Source: an uncultured delta proteobacterium (lineage in GTDB: Bacteria; Myxococcota; Kuafuiibacteriia; Kuafuiibacteriales; Kuafuiibacteriaceae). Taken from it: a stretch of 64,000 nt of DNA. Location of the stretch: the NCBI GenBank assembly GCA_963803435.1, contig CAWDML010000004.1, positions 128,001-192,000 of the forward strand. Direction: 5' to 3'. Both the position numbers and the translations under genes were made by a program. Below, in pieces: positions 30,630 through 40,185 of this stretch (its first letter is position 1; the number at the start of each line of letters is the position of its first letter). A model generated the notes under the pieces. The model was not told where the DNA came from, made no database searches, and worked only from the letters and a program-made list of their open reading frames with translations.

Positions 30630-33330
30630 CGTCGACGCGACCTCGCGGCGCCAGCCTGGTCCTGACGATCGCAGGGATCGCCGGCTGTGCCCACGCGCCC
30701 GCGCCGGGCGCCGGGGTCGCAAGCCCCGACGCGTCGGTGGCGGCGTGGATCGACGACGCGTTCGATCGGCTCCCGCTGGCGCTCACCTATCGGGGCGGCC
30801 GGCGCTGGCGCGTGGAGTGGCACGCGGAGCAACGGCCGTACGGCACCGGGACGACCGACGCCGAGATCGCGGATCTCGAGACGCAGACGATCCATCTGTA
30901 TGAGCCCTCCCAGGAGCCGCGGTCGAAGCGTGCGGTGGCGCGCGCGGTCGCGTTCTCGTTGCTGTGGGCCAGGGACGTGGAGGTGCGCTGGTCGTCGTCG
31001 CCCGAGTGGACGGCGCAGAACGGCTGGCGGGGCGCGCTCACCTCGCTCATGTCACCGCTGGCGCACGCAGAGAACGTCGATCCCCGGGGCTTCGCCGACC
31101 CGCGCGGCCTCGAGTCGCCCCGAGCGGATCTCGCGTCGTTCGCCGCCCGATACTTTTTTCCCGAGCCCAACGACGACGTCCGCTGCCGGATGCTCTCGCA
31201 GGCGCGGTTTCTGGGGAACCGGCTCGAGCTCCCCGAGCAGCGTTGCTCGGCTTTCGAGCGCTGGGCCCGCCTGGATCGGATCGAGAGCGTCGAGGTCGGT
31301 CTGGCGGCCCCCTCGACGCGGGCGGCAGCCTCGGTCTTCGGCCATCTGCTGCTGCGCGTGCTCTATCGAGGCGGCGAGAGCCGGGTGATCGCGTTCGTCG
31401 CCGACGTGCCCGGTGAGATCGAGGACGATCCCTTCTACGCAGTGAAGGGTCTGTTCGGCGGCTACCGCGCGCGGTTGATGGAGCGGGCGTTCGAGGACGT
31501 GTACCGCGACTACGTGGTCCATGAGGGTCGCGATCTCCGGCGCTGGCGGCTCAACGTCGATCACGAGGAGCGTGAGGCGCTGTTCGAGCGCATCTGGACG
31601 CTCGAGCGCTCGGGCGCGTTCGATTACTACTTCCTGAACCAGAACTGCGCGAGCCTGCTGGTGGCGCTGTTCAACTCGGTGCTGCCCGAGGGGCGGCGGA
31701 TCGAGCATGCGGGGACGATCGGTCGCGACCCGGGAACCGCGCTCGACGGGCTCGAGCTGGCGCATGCGGCGGACGGCGGACCGTTGATCACGTACGTTCC
31801 CGAGCCCATCAAGAGCTTCGCCCGGGAGGCTCGCGAGGCCGCGGGCCGGCGCGAGGCGCTGGCCCTGGAGCTGGCGAGGCGCTCACCGGAGGCCGCCTCG
31901 ACGCTCGCCGCGATCGAGGGCGCGGCCCGCGAAGAGGTGCGGGCCGAGGCCTACCGCCAGCTCGTTCACCTGGGGCTGCCGGCCGAGACGCTCGAATCGG
32001 TTCCTCGTCGAGAGCCTGAAGGTCGAGAACCACCGATCCTCGACCCGCAACACCGAGCTCGAGGAGGCCCGGCTTCGGGAGCGGCGCGCGCAGGCGGCGG
32101 AGTTGACCGCTGCGCTGCAGGAGAGCCTCCCGCTCGAATCTCTCGTTCGCATCGCCCGATCCCGATCTCGGCGCGCTCCTCGTGCGCACGCTCGAGCTGC
32201 TCGACGCCACCGATCCGCTCCAGCGTCGCGCCGGCTACGAGGCGATGCGGGCGTTCTTGGCCGAGGTGGAGACGCGCCGGGGCTCGGCCGCTCCCGAGCG
32301 GGCGCGGCGCTTCCGGATGGTGGAGGACGGCGCCCGGTTGCTGGCGCTATTGACGGCGGATCGGCGGTGGGATCCGAAGCCGCGGGATCTGTTCGTCGTG
32401 GTGCCGCACCTCGAGATCCAGGCGCAGCCGTACGTGGGGAGCTTCCGCTCCCTGGTCGAGTACACGTACGTCACGGACGTCTCGGCCGCGCTGCTCGCGA
32501 TCGCCCTGGCCAGGCGGGAGCTGGGTGCGAGGAGCCCGCCCGAAGCACCGGCCGCGGTCGTCGAGGAGGCCCGCCAGTACGAGCGCGCGTCTCGCTATGC
32601 GGGCGTCGATCTGCTCGGCGTCGGCGGCTCCAACCGCGGCCTGGTGATCTCCGGCGCGCTCTACGACGAAGCACTGGGCGATCGGCGCCGCCACGGGTTC
32701 GCGCCCGACACTGCGCTCTCGGTCGGCGCCAGCGACGTGGTGTGGGGCTGGCAGGACGGACATCCCGAGGTCGTGGAGAGCCGCACCCGCATCTTCGGCT
32801 TCCGTACCCTGCGGCCGGCCTTCGACGTGCTGGGCCCGCTGCTCTCGCACGTCGGCTTCGAGCTCGCGATCGATCTCGACACCATGCGGCCCCCCCGCGA
32901 CCCCGAAGCCTCCTGGATCCGCGGCGAGCTGCGCGCCGGTGTGCTGGTGCCGGTGCTCGCCTCCGGCGATCTCGCCGATCACCTGCTCGTGCGGCTGGGA
33001 GCCTCCCTCATGGGCTTCGCGATCCACGAGGGCCCGGACACCGGCGGCGTCGGGATCCCGGTCGGCCTCGAGGCGAGGTTCGAGCTGGGCCCGGTGATCG
33101 CGAACGTCGACACGACCGCCACACCCCTGATCGATCCGACCCATGGCGACGTGCACGTGGTGGCGGCGGCGATCTGCCGGCTTCGGGTGCCGATCTATGA
33201 TCGCCTGGTGCTCCCGTGGCGGGGGAACGTCGGGATCAGCCTGGAGGCCTCTGCGCGCGCCGCTTATTCCGAGGTGCCGGGCGCAGACGGCTCATTCGCG
33301 AGGGTCGACGCGGGGGTGCGGATCGAATGA
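30626..33330 (+). CDS. DUF4105 (Lnb N-terminal-like) domain lipoprotein; two 1-bp frameshifts (~31996, ~32138)
   Basis: GTGA overlap; IAGC lipobox; FGHLLLRV and YYFLNQNCA motifs; correcting GAATC to GATC twice joins ORFs 30425, 32103 and 32182; beta-strand-rich C-terminus. Confidence 0.75.
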
Positions 33331-33965
33331 TGATCGAGCTCGCCATGCCCAGGGTGGTCCTCCTGCTCCTCCTGTCCGGATGTGTCCCCGACTTCCAGCT
33401 GGGGCTGCACACCTTCGCCGGCGGCGAGGACGGGGGTCTGGCGCAGAAGGACGCCCAAGCGCTGGACGCGGACGAAAGGGACGCGCTGACCCAGGACGCG
33501 CTGACCCAGGACGCGCTGACCCAGGACGCCGCCGTCGAGGACGCCGACCTCGACCCTGACACGGGGGAGCACCCCGACGCGATCGTGGACTCCGGCGAAC
33601 ATCCCGACGCCATGGCCGGCGAGATCTGCAACAACCAGATCGACGACGACGGGGACATGGCGATCGACTGCGCCGACGACGAGTGCGGCGTGGCCGTGTG
33701 CCCCGATGACGACCAGAACGACTGCACGATGGCCTACTGCTCCCCCCAGGGTGTGTGCGGAACCATCCCGAGCAACGCGGTGGGGCCGGGCTGGGAGTGC
33801 CGCGGGACCGTGAAGCACGAGGTCTCGACCGCGTGCCAGAACGGCCTCGACGACGACGATGACACCCTGGCCGACTGCCACGACGAGGAGGACTGCTCCT
33901 GTGGTCTCTTGGGGACCAACCTGACCTGCTGTCCCACCGGGGAGTGTCGCCTGCTCTGTCTGTAA
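33327..33965 (+). CDS. Cys/Asp-rich lipoprotein
   Basis: LLSGC lipobox; (DALTQ)3 15-bp repeat at ~33480-33525; EICNNQIDDDGD and CQNGLDDDDD motifs. Confidence 0.8.
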   Translation: MMIELAMPRVVLLLLLSGCVPDFQLGLHTFAGGEDGGLAQKDAQALDADERDALTQDALTQDALTQDAAVEDADLDPDTGEHPDAIVDSGEHPDAMAGEICNNQIDDDGDMAIDCADDECGVAVCPDDDQNDCTMAYCSPQGVCGTIPSNAVGPGWECRGTVKHEVSTACQNGLDDDDDTLADCHDEEDCSCGLLGTNLTCCPTGECRLLCL

Positions 33966-33974
33966 CTTTTTCTC

Positions 33975-34001
33975 GATCCCGGGAGCGAGGTCCCGGCGAA
34001 G
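33975..34001 (+). promoter_or_regulatory. Putative ECF promoter GATCC-N17-CGAAG, copy 3
   Basis: gatcc cgggagcgaggtcccgg cgaag, 12 nt before ATG 34014. Confidence 0.7.
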
Positions 34002-34013
34002 GGGTGAGGGACG

Positions 34014-37000
34014 ATGCGCGGTACCCTCGCTCTCGCAGTCTCTCTCGCCTTCGTGGCCACCACCGCCGATGCCCAGCAGCTCCTCGGCTGTGGGCTGCTC
34101 GACCTGAGCGGCGATGCGGACAGCGACGGGCTCAGCAACGGCTGGGAGACGGGCTGTCAAAACAATCGCTCGAGCTGCACCGACACCGACTCGGACGACG
34201 ATCGGATCCTGGATCCGGTCGAGGCGAGCCCAGGTCAGGAGCGCGACTCCGACAACGACGGGATCATCGACTCCTGTGACACCGACAGCGACAACGACGG
34301 GATCTCGGATCTGATCGAATCGGGCTGCGTCTCGGCGTGCAGCAATCCGGTCGACACCGACAACGACGGCGCTCCCGACTACCGCGACACCGACAGCGAC
34401 AATGACGGCCGGCTCGACGCCGACGAGGGGCAGGGCGACGACGATGGCGACGGCCTACCCAACTGGCGCGACGCCAACGACCGCGATGGTCCGCTCGGCG
34501 ATCTCGACGGCGATGCGGTGCTCAACCCCGCCGATAACTGTCCGAGCGATGCGAACGCCAACCAGACCGACACCGACGGAGACGGAATGGGGGATGCGTG
34601 CGATCCGGACGATGACGACGACGGTGTCCCCGATCAGAGCGACAACTGCCCGCTGATCCCGAATGCGGCCCAGACCGATCTGGAGAGCGACGGCATCGGC
34701 GACATCTGCGACCCGGACGACGACAACGACGACGTCCCCGACGATCTCGATAACTGCCCCGTCGACGCCAACCCCGGCCAGGAGGACGCGGATGGCGATG
34801 GGCTCGGCGACCCCTGCGATCTGGTGGGCGATCGGGACGAGGACGCGGACGGCGTGCAGGACGATCGCGACAACTGCCCCGGCGTCTACAACCCGGACCA
34901 GGCGGACCTCGACGGCGACCGCCAGGGCGATCTCTGCGACGACGATGACGACGACGACGGCGTGGACGACGGCGTGGACGACTGCCCGCGGCTCTCGAAC
35001 CACGATCAGGCCGACCTCGATCACGACGGTCAGGGCGATGCGTGCGACGCGGACGACGACAACGACCTGATCGAAGACGTCGACGACAACTGCCCGCGGC
35101 TCGCCAACGCAGCCCAGGAGGACGCGGATCAGGACGGGCTCGGCGACGTGTGCGATCCGGACGACGACGCCGACGGGATCGACGACGCGGTCGACAACTG
35201 CCTCGGCGTGTTCAACCCAACGCAGGTCGACGATGACCACGACGGCAAGGGCGACGCCTGCGACGTCAACGACACGGACCACGACGGCATCGAGGACAGC
35301 ATCGACAATTGCCCGACGATCGCGAACTCCGATCAGGCGGATCTGGATCAGGACGGCGCCGGCGATGCCTGCGACGACGACGCGGATGGGGACGGCGCGG
35401 TCGACGCCAACGCCGACAACTGCGTGGGCCTGGCGAACGATCAGAGCGACCTCGACGGTGACGGCCTGGGTGACGCCTGCGACGACGACACCGACGGTGA
35501 CGGCGTGAGCGACGCGCGAGAGGACACGCTGGGTACCGATCCGCGCGACGCGAACGACCTTCCGGTGGCCCGCGGCGGCGGCTGTACGACCGCGGAGGGC
35601 GTGCTCGAGACCAACCTGCTCCTCCTGCTCGGGCTCGGCCTCCTCACGCGGCGCCGTGCTGGCCTGCTCGCGCTGCTCGGCGTGCTCGCGGGCGGCCGCG
35701 CCTACGCACAGGTGGACGCTCAGACGCTCCGCCCGAACGCGATGGATCGGGGAGGCGCTGCCGTCGAGAGCACCGCGGTGCTCCCCAAGTTCGGCTTTCA
35801 GGCGGCGATCTGGGGCGGCCACGCCGGCCACCCGGTCGAGCTCGTCGGCGACGACGGCCGGCGCGTGGGGGGCGTGATCGACGGCCTCTCCACCGTCGAC
35901 CTCCGCCTCACGCTCGGCCTCCCGGCCGGCTTCGAGCTCTCCACGCTCCTGCCGGTTCAGGTGATGACCGCGGGCGGTCCGGCGGCGGTCTCGGGCGCCG
36001 GGATCGGCGACTGGAGCGTCTCCGTGAAGTGGTTGGCGCTCGATCCGAGCGCATGGCCGGTCGGCCTCTCGGGCCGCGCCGAGCTCTTTCTTCCCACCGG
36101 CGATCGGGATCGTCTCGGCGGCGACGGCGGCATCGGCGGCGCGCTCGGCGTGGCGGTCGATCGCGCGCTCGGACCCGTGCTCCTGGCGGCCAACTTCGGC
36201 GCCCGCGTCCGCGACGGCTCCCACACGTTCGAGGGCACCTCGATCGGCCAGCAGCTCACCTACGGTGCGGTGGCGGATTGGGAGATCATCGAGGACCTCC
36301 ACGTGGCCGGAGAGGTGTTCGGCGCCCTCGGGATCAGCCGCGGCTCGGGTGCCAGCCCGCTCGAGGCGATCGGGTCGGCGCGCTACCGGGTGGGGCCGGT
36401 GCTCTTCGCCGCGGGCGGCGGTGCGGGGCTGAACGACGCCCTGGGCGCGCCGGCCTGGCGCGTGTTCGGCGCCATCGGCGTCTCGATCGAGCCCACCAAT
36501 GACCTGGAGTCGGACCGCGACGGCGACGGGATCATCGACATCCGCGATGGCTGCATCGACCTCCCGGAGGACCGGGACGGCTTCCAGGACAACGACGGCT
36601 GCCCCGACCCGGACAACGACGAGGACGGCATCCCCGACGTCAAGGACGCCTGCATGTTCGTAGCGGAGGACCTCGACGGTTTCCAGGACGAGGACGGCTG
36701 CCCCGACACCGACGACGACGGCGACGGCATCGTCAATCAAGCTGACAGCTGCCCCCGACAGCCCGAGACCTTCAACCGCTTCCAGGACGAGGACGGCTGT
36801 CCCGACACGGCGCCCAAGTATCTGTTCGAGGTGGGTGAGCGCCTGGTCTTCCGCGACATCCAGTTCCAGCCCAACAGCTACGAGCTCCTGGTGGAGTCGT
36901 ATCCGGTGCTCGACGAGATCGTGAAGTCGCTCCAGGAGCAGCCCGAGGTGAGCATCCGCGTCGAGGGCCACACCGACGGCCAGGGCGACGCCAAGGACAA

Positions 37001-37184
37001 CCTGGTGCTGTCCCAGCAGCGCGCGCTCGCGGTGGTCAACTATCTGGTCTCGGCGGGCGTCGATCCCAAGCGCGTCGACCACACGGGCTTCGGTGACACG
37101 CGGCCCATCGCGGACAACGACACCCCCGAGAACCGCGCGCTCAATCGTCGCGTCGAGCTGGTCACGTTGGAGAGGGGCCGGTGA
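34014..37184 (+). CDS. Thrombospondin type-3 repeat / internal MYXO-CTERM-like motif / beta-barrel / TSP3 / OmpA-C protein (C-terminal half TraB-like)
   Basis: Many DNCP..N..Q.D.D.DG.GD.CD repeats; GGGC-TM-RRR; DGFQDxDGCPD; IRVEGHTD...NLVLSQQRA...NRRVE. Confidence 0.88.
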   Translation: MRGTLALAVSLAFVATTADAQQLLGCGLLDLSGDADSDGLSNGWETGCQNNRSSCTDTDSDDDRILDPVEASPGQERDSDNDGIIDSCDTDSDNDGISDLIESGCVSACSNPVDTDNDGAPDYRDTDSDNDGRLDADEGQGDDDGDGLPNWRDANDRDGPLGDLDGDAVLNPADNCPSDANANQTDTDGDGMGDACDPDDDDDGVPDQSDNCPLIPNAAQTDLESDGIGDICDPDDDNDDVPDDLDNCPVDANPGQEDADGDGLGDPCDLVGDRDEDADGVQDDRDNCPGVYNPDQADLDGDRQGDLCDDDDDDDGVDDGVDDCPRLSNHDQADLDHDGQGDACDADDDNDLIEDVDDNCPRLANAAQEDADQDGLGDVCDPDDDADGIDDAVDNCLGVFNPTQVDDDHDGKGDACDVNDTDHDGIEDSIDNCPTIANSDQADLDQDGAGDACDDDADGDGAVDANADNCVGLANDQSDLDGDGLGDACDDDTDGDGVSDAREDTLGTDPRDANDLPVARGGGCTTAEGVLETNLLLLLGLGLLTRRRAGLLALLGVLAGGRAYAQVDAQTLRPNAMDRGGAAVESTAVLPKFGFQAAIWGGHAGHPVELVGDDGRRVGGVIDGLSTVDLRLTLGLPAGFELSTLLPVQVMTAGGPAAVSGAGIGDWSVSVKWLALDPSAWPVGLSGRAELFLPTGDRDRLGGDGGIGGALGVAVDRALGPVLLAANFGARVRDGSHTFEGTSIGQQLTYGAVADWEIIEDLHVAGEVFGALGISRGSGASPLEAIGSARYRVGPVLFAAGGGAGLNDALGAPAWRVFGAIGVSIEPTNDLESDRDGDGIIDIRDGCIDLPEDRDGFQDNDGCPDPDNDEDGIPDVKDACMFVAEDLDGFQDEDGCPDTDDDGDGIVNQADSCPRQPETFNRFQDEDGCPDTAPKYLFEVGERLVFRDIQFQPNSYELLVESYPVLDEIVKSLQEQPEVSIRVEGHTDGQGDAKDNLVLSQQRALAVVNYLVSAGVDPKRVDHTGFGDTRPIADNDTPENRALNRRVELVTLERGR

Positions 37185-38635
37185 GCGCAGTGGCAACCTT
37201 CGAAGGCGAGCCGGTCGAGCTCCACCCGGGCGACTGTCTGGCGGGGCGGTACCGGATCCTCAGCGTCCTCGGATCGGGCGGAATGGCGACGGTCTACAAG
37301 GCGACCGACCTACGCCTGAAGCGCGACGTCGCGATCAAGGTGGTGCTCCCGGAGCTCCGCAAGAACTGGAAGACGCTCCAGCGCTTCATGCGCGAGGCGC
37401 AGGCGATGGCGGCGCTCGACTCCCCGCGGGTCGTGCCGGTCTATGACGTGGGCCAGGACGGCGATCGGTACTTCATGGTGATGAAGCTGATCGACGCCCC
37501 CTCGCTCGCCGATCTCCTCGAGCTGGGCGCGATCCCGGAGCACCGCGCGCTCGCGCTGGTGGCCTCTGTCGTAGAGGGCCTGCGCGATCTCCACGCCAAG
37601 GGGATCGTGCATCGTGACGTGAAGCCGTCCAACGTGGTGGTCGAGGACGGCGACCGCCCGATGCTGCTCGACTTCGGAATCGTCCTCGAGGTCGGCGAGC
37701 CTTCGCTGACGCAAGAGGGGATGCTCGTCGGCACGCCGCACTACATGGCTCCGGAGCAGATCTTCACGCCGACGCAGGTCGACGGACGCGCCGACCTCTA
37801 CGCGGTGGGCGTCCTGCTCTTCGAGGTGCTCACCGGGCGGCTCCCCTATCAGGGCCGGACCCCGCAGGCCTTGATGCAGAGCCACATCAGCGACGATGTG
37901 CCGGACCCGAAGCAGCTGCGCCCCAGCCTCTCGAGAGCGACCACCGCGATCGTACGGCGGGCGCTCACCAAGGATTTGACGAAGCGCTTTCAGAACGCCG
38001 ACCAGCTGCTCGACGCATTGCGGGCGGTCGTGCCCGATGATCCGGCGTACGCCGAGACCGAGGATCTCGAGCCGGAGGAGACCGAAGGGCCCGCACCCCG
38101 GGATCACTTCGTGCTGGCGGTGATCGGCGCGGTGCTGCTGGCGATCGCGGCCTACGTGATCGTGTCGCCCCCCTTCGCGCGGAAGCCGCAGCCGATCGTG
38201 GCCGAGGTGATCCGCCCCCTCGTCCCCCCACCGGCTCCGCCGCCGCCGGCGGATCCCGAGCCGACGCCCGCACCCCCACCCGATCCCCCGCCGGCCCTCG
38301 AGGTGCACCCGCGCCCGCCCCCGCGACGGCGGTCCAAGCCCGTGGTCGAGCGTGAGGTGGTTCTCGCAGCGCTGCCGTCGAACGACCAGGCGGTGAAGGA
38401 GGCGCAGGGAATGGTCGAGGGAGGCGACCTCCGCGGCGCGATCCGGGCGCTGACGCGGGCCATCCAGCAGAACCCGTCGTCGCCGGCGCCGTATCCGACC
38501 TTGGGTGACGCCTACGCACTCACCGGCAACAAAATTGCTGCCATCGCCGCTTATCGACGATATCTCGCGCTGAGCCCTCACGGGAAAGGCGCGAAGCGGG
38601 TCGAGGCGGCCCTGGCGAGATTGGGTGGGCGCTGA
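37181..38635 (+). CDS. Transmembrane Ser/Thr protein kinase with C-terminal TPR
   Basis: LGSGGMATVY, VAIK, HRDVKPSN, DFG, GTPHYMAPEQ; TM helix, Pro-rich linker, TPR. Confidence 0.93.
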   Translation: MSAVATFEGEPVELHPGDCLAGRYRILSVLGSGGMATVYKATDLRLKRDVAIKVVLPELRKNWKTLQRFMREAQAMAALDSPRVVPVYDVGQDGDRYFMVMKLIDAPSLADLLELGAIPEHRALALVASVVEGLRDLHAKGIVHRDVKPSNVVVEDGDRPMLLDFGIVLEVGEPSLTQEGMLVGTPHYMAPEQIFTPTQVDGRADLYAVGVLLFEVLTGRLPYQGRTPQALMQSHISDDVPDPKQLRPSLSRATTAIVRRALTKDLTKRFQNADQLLDALRAVVPDDPAYAETEDLEPEETEGPAPRDHFVLAVIGAVLLAIAAYVIVSPPFARKPQPIVAEVIRPLVPPPAPPPPADPEPTPAPPPDPPPALEVHPRPPPRRRSKPVVEREVVLAALPSNDQAVKEAQGMVEGGDLRGAIRALTRAIQQNPSSPAPYPTLGDAYALTGNKIAAIAAYRRYLALSPHGKGAKRVEAALARLGGR

Positions 38636-38660
38636 CCGTGACACGGCGTGGAGTCGAACC

Positions 38661-39275
38661 TTGCCTTTGCTCACCGAAGACCGAGCGCTGCTGGCGGCGT
38701 TCCGCGCCGGAGAGCGATCGGCCCTCGAGACGGTGTATCACCACTACGTCGCCGGCGTGGCGCGACGGCTGCGGATGGGCTTCGCCGTGGGCGGCGCTCG
38801 CGGCGCTGTGCTGTTCGGCTTCCACCAACCGTTCGAGCTCGAGTCCGCGCTTCAGGAGGTCTTCCTCCGCGCGTTCAAGGAGAGCGCCCGCCTCTCGTAC
38901 GACGGGCTCCGGCCCTACAAGGACTTTTTGGCCGGCATCACGAAGCACGTGGCGCTCGACGAGCTCCGGCGTCGCTCGCGACGGAGGACCGAGTCGATGA
39001 GCGATCTCGATCTCGATCGGGTGGCGCTGATCGATCCGGAGGTGAGCCCGGAGGCGACGCTCGAGTCGAAACAGGCGATCCAGACCGTCAGCACGTTCCT
39101 GGAGAAGGAGTGCGACGAGCGCGATCGACGCCTCTATGAGCTCCGCTATCACGACGAGCGGTCACAGGAAGACGTCGCTCGCACCGCCGGTCTCACGCGG
39201 ATCCAGATCCGCCGGTGGGAGACCAAGTTCCGGAGCCGAATGCTCAAGTATTTGAAGAGGGTGAGGTATGTCTGA
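38661..39275 (+). CDS. ECF-type RNA polymerase sigma factor
   Basis: GGAG then TTG; LLAAFRAGERSAL, LQEVFLRAF, region-4 HTH SQEDVARTAGLTR. Confidence 0.88.
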   Translation: MPLLTEDRALLAAFRAGERSALETVYHHYVAGVARRLRMGFAVGGARGAVLFGFHQPFELESALQEVFLRAFKESARLSYDGLRPYKDFLAGITKHVALDELRRRSRRRTESMSDLDLDRVALIDPEVSPEATLESKQAIQTVSTFLEKECDERDRRLYELRYHDERSQEDVARTAGLTRIQIRRWETKFRSRMLKYLKRVRYV

Positions 39276-40056
39276 CCATCCCTGTGAGCCGCGCTATCAG
39301 AAGATGATCGACAAGGCGTTCGTCGGCGAGCTCACCGACGAGCGCTGGCGCGAGCTCTTCGCCCACCTCGCCGAGTGCGACGGTTGCCGCGCCTACCACG
39401 ATCGGCTGGGCTTGATCGACGAGGCGATGGCGGCCGGTCCGCTGCCCGGGTCGATGCGCGCGCGGATCGCACAGCGCGTGATCACCGCGGGCGCTCCACC
39501 GCCGCGCGCGCGCCTGTCGTTCGGCACGATCGTCTCCTATGCGTCGGCCGCCGCCGTGGTGGTGCTGGCGGTGATGCTCCCTTTCGCCGTAAGGGACGGA
39601 GAGTTCACCGCGCGCGGTGGTGAATCGAAGTGGGGCGGCCGTCCCCCGGGGCTGTCGCTCTTCTGCATCACGCCGCCGGCGTCGCCCGCGGACGCCGCGC
39701 TCGTCGATCGCACCGTGCAGGCCGCGCCCGAGGGTCGCCCGCCCCCGGTCCTGCCCTGCCGGCTCGATCAGGATCTCCAAATCGCGTACTCGACGCCGGC
39801 CGATCGCCCGCTCTTTTTGACCGTCGAGGGCGAGACCGAGGCCGAGCCGCACTGGTACGCGCCGCGCTCGCCGGACGAGGGCCCGGTGCGGCTCGAGCTC
39901 GACGCGGCGGGCCGGGCGCTGGGCTGGAGCACGCGTCTCGCCGTGCACCACGAGGTCGGGACGGTCCGGGTGGTGGCCCGGTTCTTCGATGATCCGACCG
40001 GCGAGACGGCCGTGGAGCAGCTGGTTGCCCTGTTGGAGGTTCGACCGGAGGAATAG
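39268..40056 (+). CDS. Zinc-finger (zf-HC2) membrane anti-sigma factor
   Basis: HLAECDGC (HxxxCxxC), TM helix, GEFTARGG, periplasmic domain; overlaps the sigma gene. Confidence 0.88.
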   Translation: MSDHPCEPRYQKMIDKAFVGELTDERWRELFAHLAECDGCRAYHDRLGLIDEAMAAGPLPGSMRARIAQRVITAGAPPPRARLSFGTIVSYASAAAVVVLAVMLPFAVRDGEFTARGGESKWGGRPPGLSLFCITPPASPADAALVDRTVQAAPEGRPPPVLPCRLDQDLQIAYSTPADRPLFLTVEGETEAEPHWYAPRSPDEGPVRLELDAAGRALGWSTRLAVHHEVGTVRVVARFFDDPTGETAVEQLVALLEVRPEE

Positions 40057-40185
40057 AGGAGGTCCCCCTCGAACAATGCTCCCGTGCCACAGTCGCCATC
40101 GTTGCTGGGAGTACTGAGCGATCCCACCTTGACAGCCCTCTCGGCTCCTCTGAATCCTGGTGCGTCCTTTCGACAGAGGAGAAAG

